Below, piece after piece: positions 37,852 to 46,933 of a stretch of 64,000 nucleotides of DNA. The stretch lies in IMG/VR virus record IMGVR_UViG_3300033066_001296, positions 1-64,000 of that record; one strand, written 5' to 3'. Each line of letters starts with the position of its first letter. Position 1 is the stretch's first letter. Made by a program: the position numbers and the translations under genes. A model generated the notes under the pieces. It was not told the DNA's origin, did no database searches, and worked only from the letters and a program-made list of their open reading frames with translations. The stretch comes from a virus. Taxonomy: Duplodnaviria; Caudoviricetes.

Positions 37852-38694
37852 TCACATATCTCCGAGATCGAGGCCCTGAGAACGTGCGTACTCACGAAAT
37901 TCTGCGGAAGACATCTTCATGGCGTGCTTCCGCTCCGTTGTTTCCGGTGTGACCTGTTCCTTGATCTCCTTTGGAGAAGGCTTTGGTGCAGATCCAGCGG
38001 GTGCTGTATTCGCAGGCACCTCTTCCACCGGAGCTTCCTTCTTCTCGGGAGCCTGGATGTACTGACGGAAGTAAGCTGGCTTCTTGGCCTTGAGCTCCTT
38101 GAAGAACTCGTTGTGGTCGAACTCCTTGCGCTTCGCATCAGGAAGACGCTTGAAGTGACCATCGAGCTTGGAAAGCACGGCGTCTACTTCTTCAGGATCA
38201 ACTTCAGCGAGGTATGCGTCGTGTCGAAGCACCATTTCGTTCTGGAGATTTTCGCATTGGCTGCGCCAGTGTCGAACCTTCCCTTCGAGCGAACGGATCT
38301 CAGCACGAAGCGTACGGACTTGCTCTTCCAGATCTGAGATCTGCTTTGCAGATCGGTTGTCTGTTTGAGGCTTTTGACCCGAAGGTTGACCCTGAGCTGG
38401 CCGCTTCTGGAACATCTCATCCAGCGAGCCGAAGCCCAGCGCCTTTGCCTTCTTCTCGTACATCTCCTTGAACGAAGTGCGACCCGCTTCACGATCCGCT
38501 TGGCGTTGCTTCGCAAGATCGCTTTTGGCGGGTTGTGCCTTCTGTTGAGGCTTGTACTTGGGAGCGGGCGTAGCCTCTTCAGGCTGCTCCTGCTCCGGTT
38601 GAACCTCAACATCGGGCACAACCTCGTCAATAAGTTCTGCCACTTCGTTTTCGTTTTCCAGATTCACATCCGGTGTATCGTTCTCAGTTGCCAT
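37852..38694 (-). CDS. capsid scaffolding protein
   Basis: Acidic N-terminus, coiled coil, C-terminal MSSAEFREY helix; directly upstream of the capsid gene. Confidence 0.8.
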   Translation of the reverse strand: MATENDTPDVNLENENEVAELIDEVVPDVEVQPEQEQPEEATPAPKYKPQQKAQPAKSDLAKQRQADREAGRTSFKEMYEKKAKALGFGSLDEMFQKRPAQGQPSGQKPQTDNRSAKQISDLEEQVRTLRAEIRSLEGKVRHWRSQCENLQNEMVLRHDAYLAEVDPEEVDAVLSKLDGHFKRLPDAKRKEFDHNEFFKELKAKKPAYFRQYIQAPEKKEAPVEEVPANTAPAGSAPKPSPKEIKEQVTPETTERKHAMKMSSAEFREYARSQGLDLGDM

Positions 38695-38732
38695 TTTCTA
38701 CTCGCCTGTAGTTTATGTTCAGATCTGCCTAA

Positions 38733-39197
38733 TCAAAGGCGGGGGTAGTTATCCGAGAGTGCGGTTGCCGATCGAGGAATGTACTCAAGGATGAACCCTG
38801 TCACGGTGCCCTCGAAGGTGAGGGTGGTGCCATCATCCGAAAGAAGGGCCACACCCGCAATGCCGGTGCTCGGAGCCACTGCTGTGCCGCCTGCATCCGT
38901 CACCACACGAGGTCCCGTCGCGCCTGTACCAACGCCGGTCACGCGAAGCGTCTTCACCGCAAGAATCGCGGGAAGCGGATCCGTGGTCTCACGCTCAAGA
39001 CCACTCACGGTTGCGGCAAGGCGCACCGCGGTGCTGGTAATGTCCGGGGTTGCAGTTGCCGTTAGCCCCGTCACTGTCACCTTCACTGGCGAGAGCATGT
39101 TTCCAAGCTTCATCTTCTGGAAGAGAGTTGGAAGCAGGTTGGCGTTAGCCTTGTTAAGCCAGTTCTGGTATGTCTGTTCTGCTGTCGTCGAGCTCAT
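38733..39197 (-). CDS. head decoration / cement-like protein
   Basis: Thr/Ala/Gly-rich beta protein in the head module. Confidence 0.5.
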   Translation of the reverse strand: MSSTTAEQTYQNWLNKANANLLPTLFQKMKLGNMLSPVKVTVTGLTATATPDITSTAVRLAATVSGLERETTDPLPAILAVKTLRVTGVGTGATGPRVVTDAGGTAVAPSTGIAGVALLSDDGTTLTFEGTVTGFILEYIPRSATALSDNYPRL

Positions 39198-39198
39198 T

Positions 39199-39582
39199 TC
39201 AGTCCTTTTGTCCCATCACGAGGAAAACCTCGGTTTGAATTCCAGCCTCTCGCAAGAGGTCGATTGCGGTTATATCAACCGTATTGGAGATCAGAATTAG
39301 AAGAGAGTCAACAGGAATTGCTTGCGTCGAACCATCTGTACTCGTGATGCGAACGCGAAGTTCTCCTCCTGATGCTTTGACAAGAAGAAAGTTGACCCCG
39401 GTTAGCGGCGAGATGTTCACCGCAACCACAGGATCACCATCCAGTGTGTAGTTTGCCGCGAGCTGGCGCTCCAAGGGGATCTTCTCTGCGATGGTCGCAA
39501 GAATGGAAGGTTGCCCTGAGGGCGTACCAACGGGAGGCTTGGAAGCCACGGAGCCCGTAAGCTCAAGAATCTGGAAGCTCAT
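39199..39582 (-). CDS. virion-associated beta protein
   Basis: 127 aa beta-rich, in the head module. Confidence 0.5.
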   Translation of the reverse strand: MSFQILELTGSVASKPPVGTPSGQPSILATIAEKIPLERQLAANYTLDGDPVVAVNISPLTGVNFLLVKASGGELRVRITSTDGSTQAIPVDSLLILISNTVDITAIDLLREAGIQTEVFLVMGQKD

Positions 39583-39588
39583 TGGGGA

Positions 39589-39885
39589 TTACCACTTCAC
39601 CTTGTCTGCCCAATATGCAGCGGAGAGCTTGCCCTTGGCGATGTTGGCCGCATGGCGAGCCTTGAAGGACTTCCGCTTTTTGGTCATACGTTCCGATTCC
39701 CCTGCCTTGGGCTTTCCGGCTGTTTCGGCTCCCTGCTCACCAAAGCGAATGGTCTTCACAGTGTCGCCCTCTTTGGCGACCACAATGTGAGACTTCGTAG
39801 GGTGATCGGGCGTGCGCTTTGGCTTGTTGTAGCCTGCTACACCCGCCTTTTCCAACCTGGGGTCTCTCTTTCCAGAGCCCTTCAC
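39589..39885 (-). CDS. conserved small basic phage protein
   Basis: DPRLEKAGVAGYNKPKRTPDHPTKSH...SFKARH...SAAYWADKVKW resembles a recurrent phage family; GTGA-coupled start. Confidence 0.8.
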   Translation of the reverse strand: MKGSGKRDPRLEKAGVAGYNKPKRTPDHPTKSHIVVAKEGDTVKTIRFGEQGAETAGKPKAGESERMTKKRKSFKARHAANIAKGKLSAAYWADKVKW

Positions 39886-39998
39886 TTCTTCTTGCCCTTC
39901 TTCACGCAAGACTTGTCGATCATCTTTTGGATGAGCTTCTTGTCCTCTGCTTCGTCATCGTGCTTCTTGGGTGTCTTCTTTTGAGATTTCTTTGCCAT
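39882..39998 (-). CDS. 38-aa Lys-rich peptide
   Basis: TGATG and GTGA coupling at both ends. Confidence 0.55.
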   Translation of the reverse strand: MAKKSQKKTPKKHDDEAEDKKLIQKMIDKSCVKKGKKK

Positions 39999-40480
39999 CA
40001 CATCATCCTTTCCTGCCCCTCGTCCTCTTCGCTTGGACTTGTCGTGAGCTGTCCTGCGCGCCAGAGCCATGCACCTACGAGGATTGGCTCTACTTCGACA
40101 ATCTCGTTCTGAACACCCTCCTGTACGGCAAGCGCTTCGTCTGGGCTAATGCCAGATAGTAGTTCGGGCAGTCCATCACGCCAAAGATCCACCATCTCAA
40201 GAATCTGATCTGCGTGGTCTTCGGGAAGTTCGACCTCATCGTTGAGGAGAACTTCGGGGATCATATCGTGGATCTGCGACTCGATTTCCGGTAGGTGCAT
40301 CTGGGTCAGCAGAATGATCTGATCCATCTCATTGGGGGTTTTCCCCTCCATGGCATCCGAACCCTCAAATGGCTCATCGCCGGGGAACGGCTCCTGGTCC
40401 TTAGGAGCATCCCAACCCTCGGGCGTGGAGCGAGGCTGATCGCCTCTAGCTTGTGACCAATTTGAAAGATCGAGTGCCAT
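39998..40480 (-). CDS. acidic hypothetical protein
   Basis: 160 aa, Asp/Glu-rich. Confidence 0.65.
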   Translation of the reverse strand: MALDLSNWSQARGDQPRSTPEGWDAPKDQEPFPGDEPFEGSDAMEGKTPNEMDQIILLTQMHLPEIESQIHDMIPEVLLNDEVELPEDHADQILEMVDLWRDGLPELLSGISPDEALAVQEGVQNEIVEVEPILVGAWLWRAGQLTTSPSEEDEGQERMM

Positions 40481-40517
40481 ATCGAGATCTCAATAATCCT
40501 ATTGTAATTCCAATAAG

Positions 40518-40715
40518 TCAATCCGCTTGCATTCGCAAAGCAATGTCGCCGGGATCTTCTTCGTCATGAACCCCCGGCATATCAAGATCGCCAAACTGAT
40601 TCTCAGTTTGAATGTGCAGAATTACATCAGCTACATCAACCTCCTTCTGTAGTTCGAGGGGGTGTGAGTGCCCGTGAATCTTTGTTGGAAGATTCATGTT
40701 TCTTGGGTGTTTCAT
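40518..40715 (-). CDS. small hypothetical protein
   Basis: ATGA coupling. Confidence 0.5.
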   Translation of the reverse strand: MKHPRNMNLPTKIHGHSHPLELQKEVDVADVILHIQTENQFGDLDMPGVHDEEDPGDIALRMQAD

Positions 40716-41512
40716 TTGTGACCTTTGCGAAGCAGCCCACGCTTCTGGAAGAGGCGGTCAAATTCTCGAGCAATGGGATCAAACTCCCAACGATCCCAAT
40801 ACGCGCGATAACCATGCTCACGCCAAGAATTTGCATCTGCAAGGAACCCTTTGACGCCCTGTACGGAGCCTTGGCGACGCATGACCCACTGCTCGTAGGA
40901 GCGCGCGAAGAGCTCTTGCGGCCTGAGCATATACGTGGTGGTTTTGAGCCTTGGCTCGTTGTGCTCGGTCTTGTTCCTCGTATGCTGTTCTGTGAGCTTC
41001 CGCACGCTATACGATTTGTAGATTGCCCGCATCAAAGGTGCAAGTTCGTGATTCGGATCTTTGGTTGCCTGAAACGATGCACAAGCTGAGTATGTAGGCT
41101 TGCCGCTTCCAAACAATCTGTGATCCAGGAAGTGCCCATACTCATGAACGAGCGTGTTGATGGGGTATTTGCCGTGTTTATTGATCAAGATCGAGCTTCG
41201 ATCCGAGTGTGGCTCCCATGCGCGGTAGACACCCATGGAACCCGTATCTCCCACCACGTTGACCTTCAGGTGGTACAAGTCCCTGGGAACCCGATGCGTA
41301 CGGTCAATGGTGCGTAGCGCCTCCGCAACGCCCTGGTTTGCCTTGGACGCGAATAGCAAGCCATAGCTTACGGAAAGCCTGTCAGACGCCTTTGCAGGGG
41401 CATTAGCGGGCACATGCGGAGACTGGTCCTTGACCCAATAGGCACGGCGCACAACGCCCGTGCTGGTGTGTGCGGAGAGAATGCGTCGATGAAGACCGGA
41501 AAGGTTTTTCAT
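40712..41512 (-). CDS. motif-tagged zincin metallopeptidase (polyvalent-protein MPTase-like)
   Basis: N-terminal SGL...VVRRAYWVK; HEYGH and ELFARSYEQW motifs. Confidence 0.75.
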   Translation of the reverse strand: MKNLSGLHRRILSAHTSTGVVRRAYWVKDQSPHVPANAPAKASDRLSVSYGLLFASKANQGVAEALRTIDRTHRVPRDLYHLKVNVVGDTGSMGVYRAWEPHSDRSSILINKHGKYPINTLVHEYGHFLDHRLFGSGKPTYSACASFQATKDPNHELAPLMRAIYKSYSVRKLTEQHTRNKTEHNEPRLKTTTYMLRPQELFARSYEQWVMRRQGSVQGVKGFLADANSWREHGYRAYWDRWEFDPIAREFDRLFQKRGLLRKGHK

Positions 41513-41659
41513 GCGGAAGGTGCCCCGAGAAAAAGAACGGAGGGTGTATTTTGTCCGTAACCTTTTCCTCGCTTCTCTCGTACTACCATACAGTCTTTAT
41601 TACTATTATTTATTATATATAGTATAGAGTGGGTTGAGGGGGGCTCTTTTGATGCTCGC

Positions 41660-42178
41660 TCAACGAGTATAGTTGCGGTACGCATCATAGGCTCGATGAA
41701 AGCTCTGATGGTGCTTGTTGTAGAGTCCCGCACCCTCTACTACGGTTCTATAGAGCCCATACATCTTGAGCCCTGTTCCAGCGAGGTGTGCAAAGCTTCC
41801 AAGAGCTCTCTCCGTGGATTCCCTCATATTGAGTGTGCGAGCGAGAACATGACCACTCAATCTTCCGGCTTGTCTTCCCGCTTGACCTCCAAAGTGACCT
41901 CCCACAAGAGCTGCACCAAATGCAGCCTCATGAGCTCCAACTCCATGGCTCGCCGCTGCTCTCATTCCATACTTTGCAGCATGGTGAGCTCCCACAAGAG
42001 CTCCTAGTCCCGCTCCAAGATTACCCATTCCGTGTCCGAGAGCTCTGCCTTGATCCTCTCGACGAGATGGATGTTCCATGCTCTTGAACGAGCCTTTGGG
42101 ATCGGACTTGACCCAATAAGAGCGGAGACCCTTTCGAGTGCTCTTCTTGATCTTCTTGAGGCCAGATCTAGTCTTCAT
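41660..42178 (-). CDS. array gene H: basic N-motif plus glycine zipper
   Basis: MKTRSGLKKIKKSTRKGLRSYWVKS; GNLGAGLGALVG. Confidence 0.8.
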   Translation of the reverse strand: MKTRSGLKKIKKSTRKGLRSYWVKSDPKGSFKSMEHPSRREDQGRALGHGMGNLGAGLGALVGAHHAAKYGMRAAASHGVGAHEAAFGAALVGGHFGGQAGRQAGRLSGHVLARTLNMRESTERALGSFAHLAGTGLKMYGLYRTVVEGAGLYNKHHQSFHRAYDAYRNYTR

Positions 42179-42672
42179 CACGCCATTCTAGCAGCTTGAA
42201 CCGTATCGTACAGCTTCCGAGCGTGGAGGTATCCACCCGCAGCCATTGCAAATGTACCCAAAGCTCGCTGATGTCGAAGCTTCATCTTACCTTGAGCAAC
42301 ACGATTTCCAACACCGCGACCGAGCTTATAGCCCGCAAAAGAGCCTCCGGCGTAACCCGCGATATGGCCCAATCCTCCGGCGACAATGCCAGTTCTCATT
42401 CCCGATATGAGGGCTTCTTGAGGTCCAAGACCTTTCTTTGCAGCCCTGTGCCCGCCAATAAGCCCCCCGGTGATGGCTCCTCCAAAGAGTCCCGCAGTGC
42501 CACCTACACGCCCGCCAAGCGCGCTTCCAAGCACGCCCATACCGCGGCGAAGGTGGTTGTGAGAAAACCTCTTTTCTGCCTCTGCGGAGGTCCAGTAAGC
42601 GCGACGAACACGCTTCCCGTTCTTACCCTTTACAGACTTTACGACTTTCTTGAGCCCTGCTCGACTCTTCAT
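42178..42672 (-). CDS. array gene G: basic N-motif plus long glycine zippers
   Basis: MKSRAGLKKVVKSVKGKNGKRVRRAYWT; GxxxG repeats. Confidence 0.8.
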   Translation of the reverse strand: MKSRAGLKKVVKSVKGKNGKRVRRAYWTSAEAEKRFSHNHLRRGMGVLGSALGGRVGGTAGLFGGAITGGLIGGHRAAKKGLGPQEALISGMRTGIVAGGLGHIAGYAGGSFAGYKLGRGVGNRVAQGKMKLRHQRALGTFAMAAGGYLHARKLYDTVQAARMA

Positions 42673-43205
42673 GATGATCTCCTTGGTGTGCGAATTGCAC
42701 GCGCTGTTGCCTTACCAGCCTCAGCAATATGATGATCTGCAATTGCGTGTCCTAGAAAAGACACAGCCTCGTTAGCGAGGAAGCTACCGACTCTCTTACC
42801 ATACTTTCCAGTTGAACCTCTCAGGCTGCGACCAACGGCTTTGCCAGCACGCTCTGCTCCATAATCGATCAGGCGTTGCCCTGCGGCATTGACGAGGTGC
42901 TCTCCGAGTCTGGCTCCAAGTCCTTTTCGGAATTTGTGAAAGCCTTTAACAGCAGCGCTCTTGTGCTTTTCGATTTCAACTTTGTGCTTCCAGAGGTTCT
43001 CATTGGAAAACGAGGCTCGGTGCTTGTATGCCAGAGCTCCCAAACCTGCGGTTGCAAGAGCGCCCGCAGTACCAATCAGAGCCTTTTTGCCATGCTTCTT
43101 TGCGAAAGCAGAAACGGAAGACTTCGCACGCACCCAATAAGATCTCCGTACAGAGCCCTTCTTGCCTTTGACAGTCTTGGTTACTTTACGAAGTCCAGCT
43201 CTCAT
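42669..43205 (-). CDS. array gene F: basic N-motif plus hydrophobic helix
   Basis: MRAGLRKVTKTVKGKKGSVRRSYWVRA; ALIGTAGALATAGLGALAY. Confidence 0.8.
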   Translation of the reverse strand: MRAGLRKVTKTVKGKKGSVRRSYWVRAKSSVSAFAKKHGKKALIGTAGALATAGLGALAYKHRASFSNENLWKHKVEIEKHKSAAVKGFHKFRKGLGARLGEHLVNAAGQRLIDYGAERAGKAVGRSLRGSTGKYGKRVGSFLANEAVSFLGHAIADHHIAEAGKATARAIRTPRRSS

Positions 43206-43840
43206 CGCTGCATCCTATTCGCAACCCACTCGGCACCGCGCTTGATGTGGGGAGCTGCTCTACCTCTTGCCACAAAGCCTCCCGCGTGGCCACCTAGGAA
43301 GCTTCCCACTGCACCTCCTGCACCACCACCAAATGCAGTACCAAGAGCACCACCAAGACGAGAGCCCACATGAGTTCCAATGTGCTCTGCCGCAGCTTCA
43401 CCTCCAACGTGGGTCATATGCTCAGCAAGCTTGGACCCTTCACCTCTGCGCCACTGTGTGAAGCCCTCTCTAGCCTTGCCCCAGGCACTACGAACGTGCT
43501 CGTTGGCCCGTTCTCTTGCCGAGGGCTTTCTGTTTGCAGGCTCATGAAATGCGGTGTGTCCCGATCCAGAACCGAGTTGCAATGGAGAGCTGCCCGCCCC
43601 TAGAAGCTTGCCAGAGCCGCCCTTGCGCATCCGATGGAGTCCATATGCCGCAGCCCCGGCAAGAGCCAAACCCCCTACGATCTTCCCCGCGTTACGGCGA
43701 AGAAAGCCGGGTTGCTTCTGAGCAACTGGCTGGCCCTTCCTTGCGGCCTGGTTGGCTTTAACCCAATAGGTTCTGCGAACAGTGCCTTTCTTTCCTTTGA
43801 CTGTCTTCTGAACCTTCTTGAGCCCCGCTTTGTTGGCCAT
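43202..43840 (-). CDS. array gene E: basic N-motif, hydrophobic helix and glycine zipper
   Basis: MANKAGLKKVQKTVKGKKGTVRRTYWVKA; GGALGTAFGGGAGGAVGSFLGG. Confidence 0.8.
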   Translation of the reverse strand: MANKAGLKKVQKTVKGKKGTVRRTYWVKANQAARKGQPVAQKQPGFLRRNAGKIVGGLALAGAAAYGLHRMRKGGSGKLLGAGSSPLQLGSGSGHTAFHEPANRKPSARERANEHVRSAWGKAREGFTQWRRGEGSKLAEHMTHVGGEAAAEHIGTHVGSRLGGALGTAFGGGAGGAVGSFLGGHAGGFVARGRAAPHIKRGAEWVANRMQR

Positions 43841-44292
43841 TACTTCCTCTTTCTAGGCTTGCGTGTGGCTACGATCTTGCCAGACTTGGAAGGTCCAGTT
43901 CCAGATCGACCGCTCGAGACCCCTGGGCCAAGTTGCAAAGGAGCTCTTCCAGAGTTGTGAAGATCCTGGCGCTTCCAGTCCGCATTGGAGTTTGCGTGTT
44001 GGGAGACTGCCTTGTTGTGAAGATTCTTCCAGAATCCACCATGGCGATCCACAACATGCTTCCAGTGTTTTGGGGTCGTCTTGGGCGGTTGGATGCTCTT
44101 GTACTTATGATGAGCAAGAGCCAGACCGGCTGCAAGAACCGCACCCCCAAGGATCTTGCCCTTGTGGCGAAGAGCAAACGTGCCCGCATTCTTTACAGAT
44201 TGCTTGGCCCGGACCCAATAAGATCTCCGCACAGATCCTTTTCGGCCTCTGACAGTTTTTGTGATCTTACGAAGTCCTGCTTTGCTCGCCAT
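43840..44292 (-). CDS. array gene D: basic N-motif plus hydrophobic helix
   Basis: MASKAGLRKITKTVRGRKGSVRRSYWVRA; TAATG coupling. Confidence 0.8.
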   Translation of the reverse strand: MASKAGLRKITKTVRGRKGSVRRSYWVRAKQSVKNAGTFALRHKGKILGGAVLAAGLALAHHKYKSIQPPKTTPKHWKHVVDRHGGFWKNLHNKAVSQHANSNADWKRQDLHNSGRAPLQLGPGVSSGRSGTGPSKSGKIVATRKPRKRK

Positions 44293-44714
44293 TAGCCGGT
44301 TCTCTTGACCCTGCCGTGAGTATTGCCCTGCGCATCTTTGATTGGATATCCGCGCCAAGCTCTATAACGCTTTGTAATTGCATCAGAAGCTTTCCCGTAC
44401 GGCGTTGAGGACCAACCCTGCGCATAGCCTTTTGCAGCGTGCGCCTGCACCGCATCGGGCATCCACTGAGCTTGCTGTGCAGCTTTCGTGAACTTCACGG
44501 ACCTCTCCGATGCGTGGAATCGCGCATGTGCCCTTCCAGCCCCGGCAATGATGGCGAATGTGCCCAAAGTGGCAAGGGCAATCTTACCTTTGTGACGCCC
44601 AACCGCTCTTGCTACTTTTGATGCAGAGGTCTTAGCGCGGACCCAATAAGAGCGCTTAACCAATCCACGCTTTCCGCGGACGGTCTTCGTAACTTTCTTG
44701 AGTCCTGATCTCAT
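44292..44714 (-). CDS. array gene C: basic N-motif plus hydrophobic helix
   Basis: MRSGLKKVTKTVRGKRGLVKRSYWVRA; HKGKIALATLGTFAIIAG. Confidence 0.8.
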   Translation of the reverse strand: MRSGLKKVTKTVRGKRGLVKRSYWVRAKTSASKVARAVGRHKGKIALATLGTFAIIAGAGRAHARFHASERSVKFTKAAQQAQWMPDAVQAHAAKGYAQGWSSTPYGKASDAITKRYRAWRGYPIKDAQGNTHGRVKRTG

Positions 44715-45262
44715 TAGTCAGCTCTCTTGCGACTCACAGCCTTGCGAACTCTCGATCCCGCAGCACGAGCTCCTGATGCGACTGCACTACCTGCACGGGA
44801 AGCGAGTCCCGATACCGCATTCTTCGCGATTGAGCTTCGGCTCATGCCAGCCTTACGCCCGCCTCTCACGAAGTCTGCGGCATTCCGAGCTGCCCCTCTT
44901 GCATCACTTGCGGCCTTATGAGCCTTCGCAGCGACACCCACCACACCATGAGCCCCGCGCTCTGCTGCGCCCTTGGCACGGTCCTTCAGACCGCCAAAGA
45001 CGGCCTTCGCAGCATCACCATGGGACATGCCCATGCCGCGGTAGCCCTTCACGAACTTGGCACCCTTGTAAGCTGCGGCGGCTCCGAGAGCCAGGCCAGC
45101 ACCCGCGGCAATCTTGCCCTTGTGCTTGCCGATGAACTTACCTGCCGACTTTGCTGCACCCTTCACGGCGCTCGAAGCCTTGACCCAATAGGAACGCTGC
45201 ACCGTTCCCTTCTTACCCTTTACAGACTTTGTAACTTTACGAAGCCCAGCACGATTTGCCAT
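44714..45262 (-). CDS. array gene B: basic N-motif plus Ala/Gly-rich body
   Basis: MANRAGLRKVTKSVKGKKGTVQRSYWVKA; SD AAGAGGT. Confidence 0.8.
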   Translation of the reverse strand: MANRAGLRKVTKSVKGKKGTVQRSYWVKASSAVKGAAKSAGKFIGKHKGKIAAGAGLALGAAAAYKGAKFVKGYRGMGMSHGDAAKAVFGGLKDRAKGAAERGAHGVVGVAAKAHKAASDARGAARNAADFVRGGRKAGMSRSSIAKNAVSGLASRAGSAVASGARAAGSRVRKAVSRKRAD

Positions 45263-45313
45263 TTTTTACCTCTTACAGACTTTGGTATCTGTCAATATCA
45301 AGCGGACTCAGAA

Positions 45314-45733
45314 TCAGCCGAGTCCGCCCTTACCCTTGCCAAACAAGTTTTTTCTTCCTGCAACAGCACGAATACCTTCGTGAGCCATTGCACCTGCAAA
45401 ATGACCAACACCATGGCCAACATCGGAAGAAAGAAAGTTTTTGATCTTACCCCCAAGCGTGCGACCATGTGTTTTTGTCTTCTTTCTCATGTGTGCTGCA
45501 AGAGTGTGGTTGACTGCCGCAGACGCCAAAGATGCACCTCTCACACGATGAGCACCTAGCAGACCACTAGCAAAGCCTATTTTGGCTCCCATTTTTGCGG
45601 AAGCCATCTTTGGCCCTTTGCGGAATGCTGCCAAATTACGCTCTCCGGCTTTAACCCAATAAGAGCGCTTCGTAGAGCCTTTCTTACCCCGCACTGTTTT
45701 AGTTACTTTGCGAAGTCCGGCACGATTTGCCAT
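45314..45733 (-). CDS. array gene A: basic N-motif plus Gly/Ala-rich body
   Basis: MANRAGLRKVTKTVRGKKGSTKRSYWVKA; SD GGAGG. Confidence 0.8.
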   Translation of the reverse strand: MANRAGLRKVTKTVRGKKGSTKRSYWVKAGERNLAAFRKGPKMASAKMGAKIGFASGLLGAHRVRGASLASAAVNHTLAAHMRKKTKTHGRTLGGKIKNFLSSDVGHGVGHFAGAMAHEGIRAVAGRKNLFGKGKGGLG

Positions 45734-45764
45734 TTTCCGATTCCCTCCGAGCACTATTGCCCGA

Positions 45765-46019
45765 TCAAATGTTCTCTTTTGTAGAGTCCAGCAAAAGTTT
45801 ACGCTGGTTTCTCAACTCAAGCCAAGCACGAATTCCAAAAAGATCATGGAGGATATAGCGGAGGATCAACCAGATCCCCAACCTCCATGCGGTTCCAGAG
45901 GTCATGTGCGCGTGAAAGATGGCGGCATCCCCAGGTCCCGCTACGTAGAGCTCCACCATCGGACCTGTTCCGATGGCAGTAACCTCTGCGTACCCATCGT
46001 TTCGATGAAACGGTCTCAT
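45765..46019 (-). CDS. small hypothetical protein
   Basis: ATGA coupling to the methylase gene. Confidence 0.45.
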   Translation of the reverse strand: MRPFHRNDGYAEVTAIGTGPMVELYVAGPGDAAIFHAHMTSGTAWRLGIWLILRYILHDLFGIRAWLELRNQRKLLLDSTKENI

Positions 46020-46933
46020 CGAGTTCTCCCTTCCTTCCTGAGCGTCTTTTGGAGCGCCTTCTCGAGATTGTTACTTGCAGAGAATTTTGGCTTGAAGCCG
46101 TGACGAATTTCAAGTGATTCTGGATAGTTCATCCACAATACTTCCGTCTTCTGTCGATCCTCTTTATCGAGAAAGTTCGCTGAGCTTGCGTTTGCGCTGT
46201 ATTCGACCCTTCTCCAGTCTTTGTATGCCTGATCGTAAAAGTCTCCAGCGTATCCAGAAATTGCAATGAGAGCTCCCCGTCTAGTTGCTTCCAAGTTTGA
46301 GGCCAGGAGCTTCTCATGCCATGCAGCATCCATCTCGTGCTGATATCCGTGCCCCGCACCCCGGCTTGCCGGATGGTACGGAGGATCTTCATAGATGAAA
46401 ACGCCACTCTTGCCGTAGTACTTCACCAACTCCACGGCATCGGTGTTGTTGATCTCGACACCACGAAAGAACTCTGCGTATTCTTGAAAGAGCTCGAGCT
46501 TGTTACTTACAGCTCTCGCTACGGAGCCTTTGGGGGTTCCACGGCGGAAGCCTTCGATGGTTTGCTGCATCCCCGCAAAATTCTGGGTCTGCCGCACCCA
46601 AACCCTGCGCGCGAGCTCTAGCTCGTCTTCTGGGTCTTGCGTCCAATCTCGACACGCTCGTTGCTCATCAAATGCGTAGGGGGTAAGCTCGCAAACCCTC
46701 CGAAGTTCCTCGGGACGTTCTCGAAGTACTTTGAAGAACGTAACAACGCCCCTGTTCAGATCATTGATGACTCGATTTGGGTAAAGCCCCTCGGGCAGAG
46801 CAAAGAAGAGCGCACCCGAACCGAAGCACGTCTCTACGTAGGTCTCAGGGCCTTTTGGAAAGTGCGGAAGTATCTTCTCTGCAATCTGGCTCTTTGCTCC
46901 GTAGTAACAACCAAATACTGATCCTTTAATCAT
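46016..46933 (-). CDS. DNA adenine methyltransferase (D12/Dam family)
   Basis: YYGAKSQI, YVETCFGSGALF, INDLN, EDPPY motifs; target sequence not determinable from sequence. Confidence 0.9.
   Translation of the reverse strand: MIKGSVFGCYYGAKSQIAEKILPHFPKGPETYVETCFGSGALFFALPEGLYPNRVINDLNRGVVTFFKVLRERPEELRRVCELTPYAFDEQRACRDWTQDPEDELELARRVWVRQTQNFAGMQQTIEGFRRGTPKGSVARAVSNKLELFQEYAEFFRGVEINNTDAVELVKYYGKSGVFIYEDPPYHPASRGAGHGYQHEMDAAWHEKLLASNLEATRRGALIAISGYAGDFYDQAYKDWRRVEYSANASSANFLDKEDRQKTEVLWMNYPESLEIRHGFKPKFSASNNLEKALQKTLRKEGRTR

Noticed and set aside
41509-41733. 74-aa ORF between array genes H and I
   Set aside because: It overlaps gene H out of frame and runs through the AT-rich island; likely spurious
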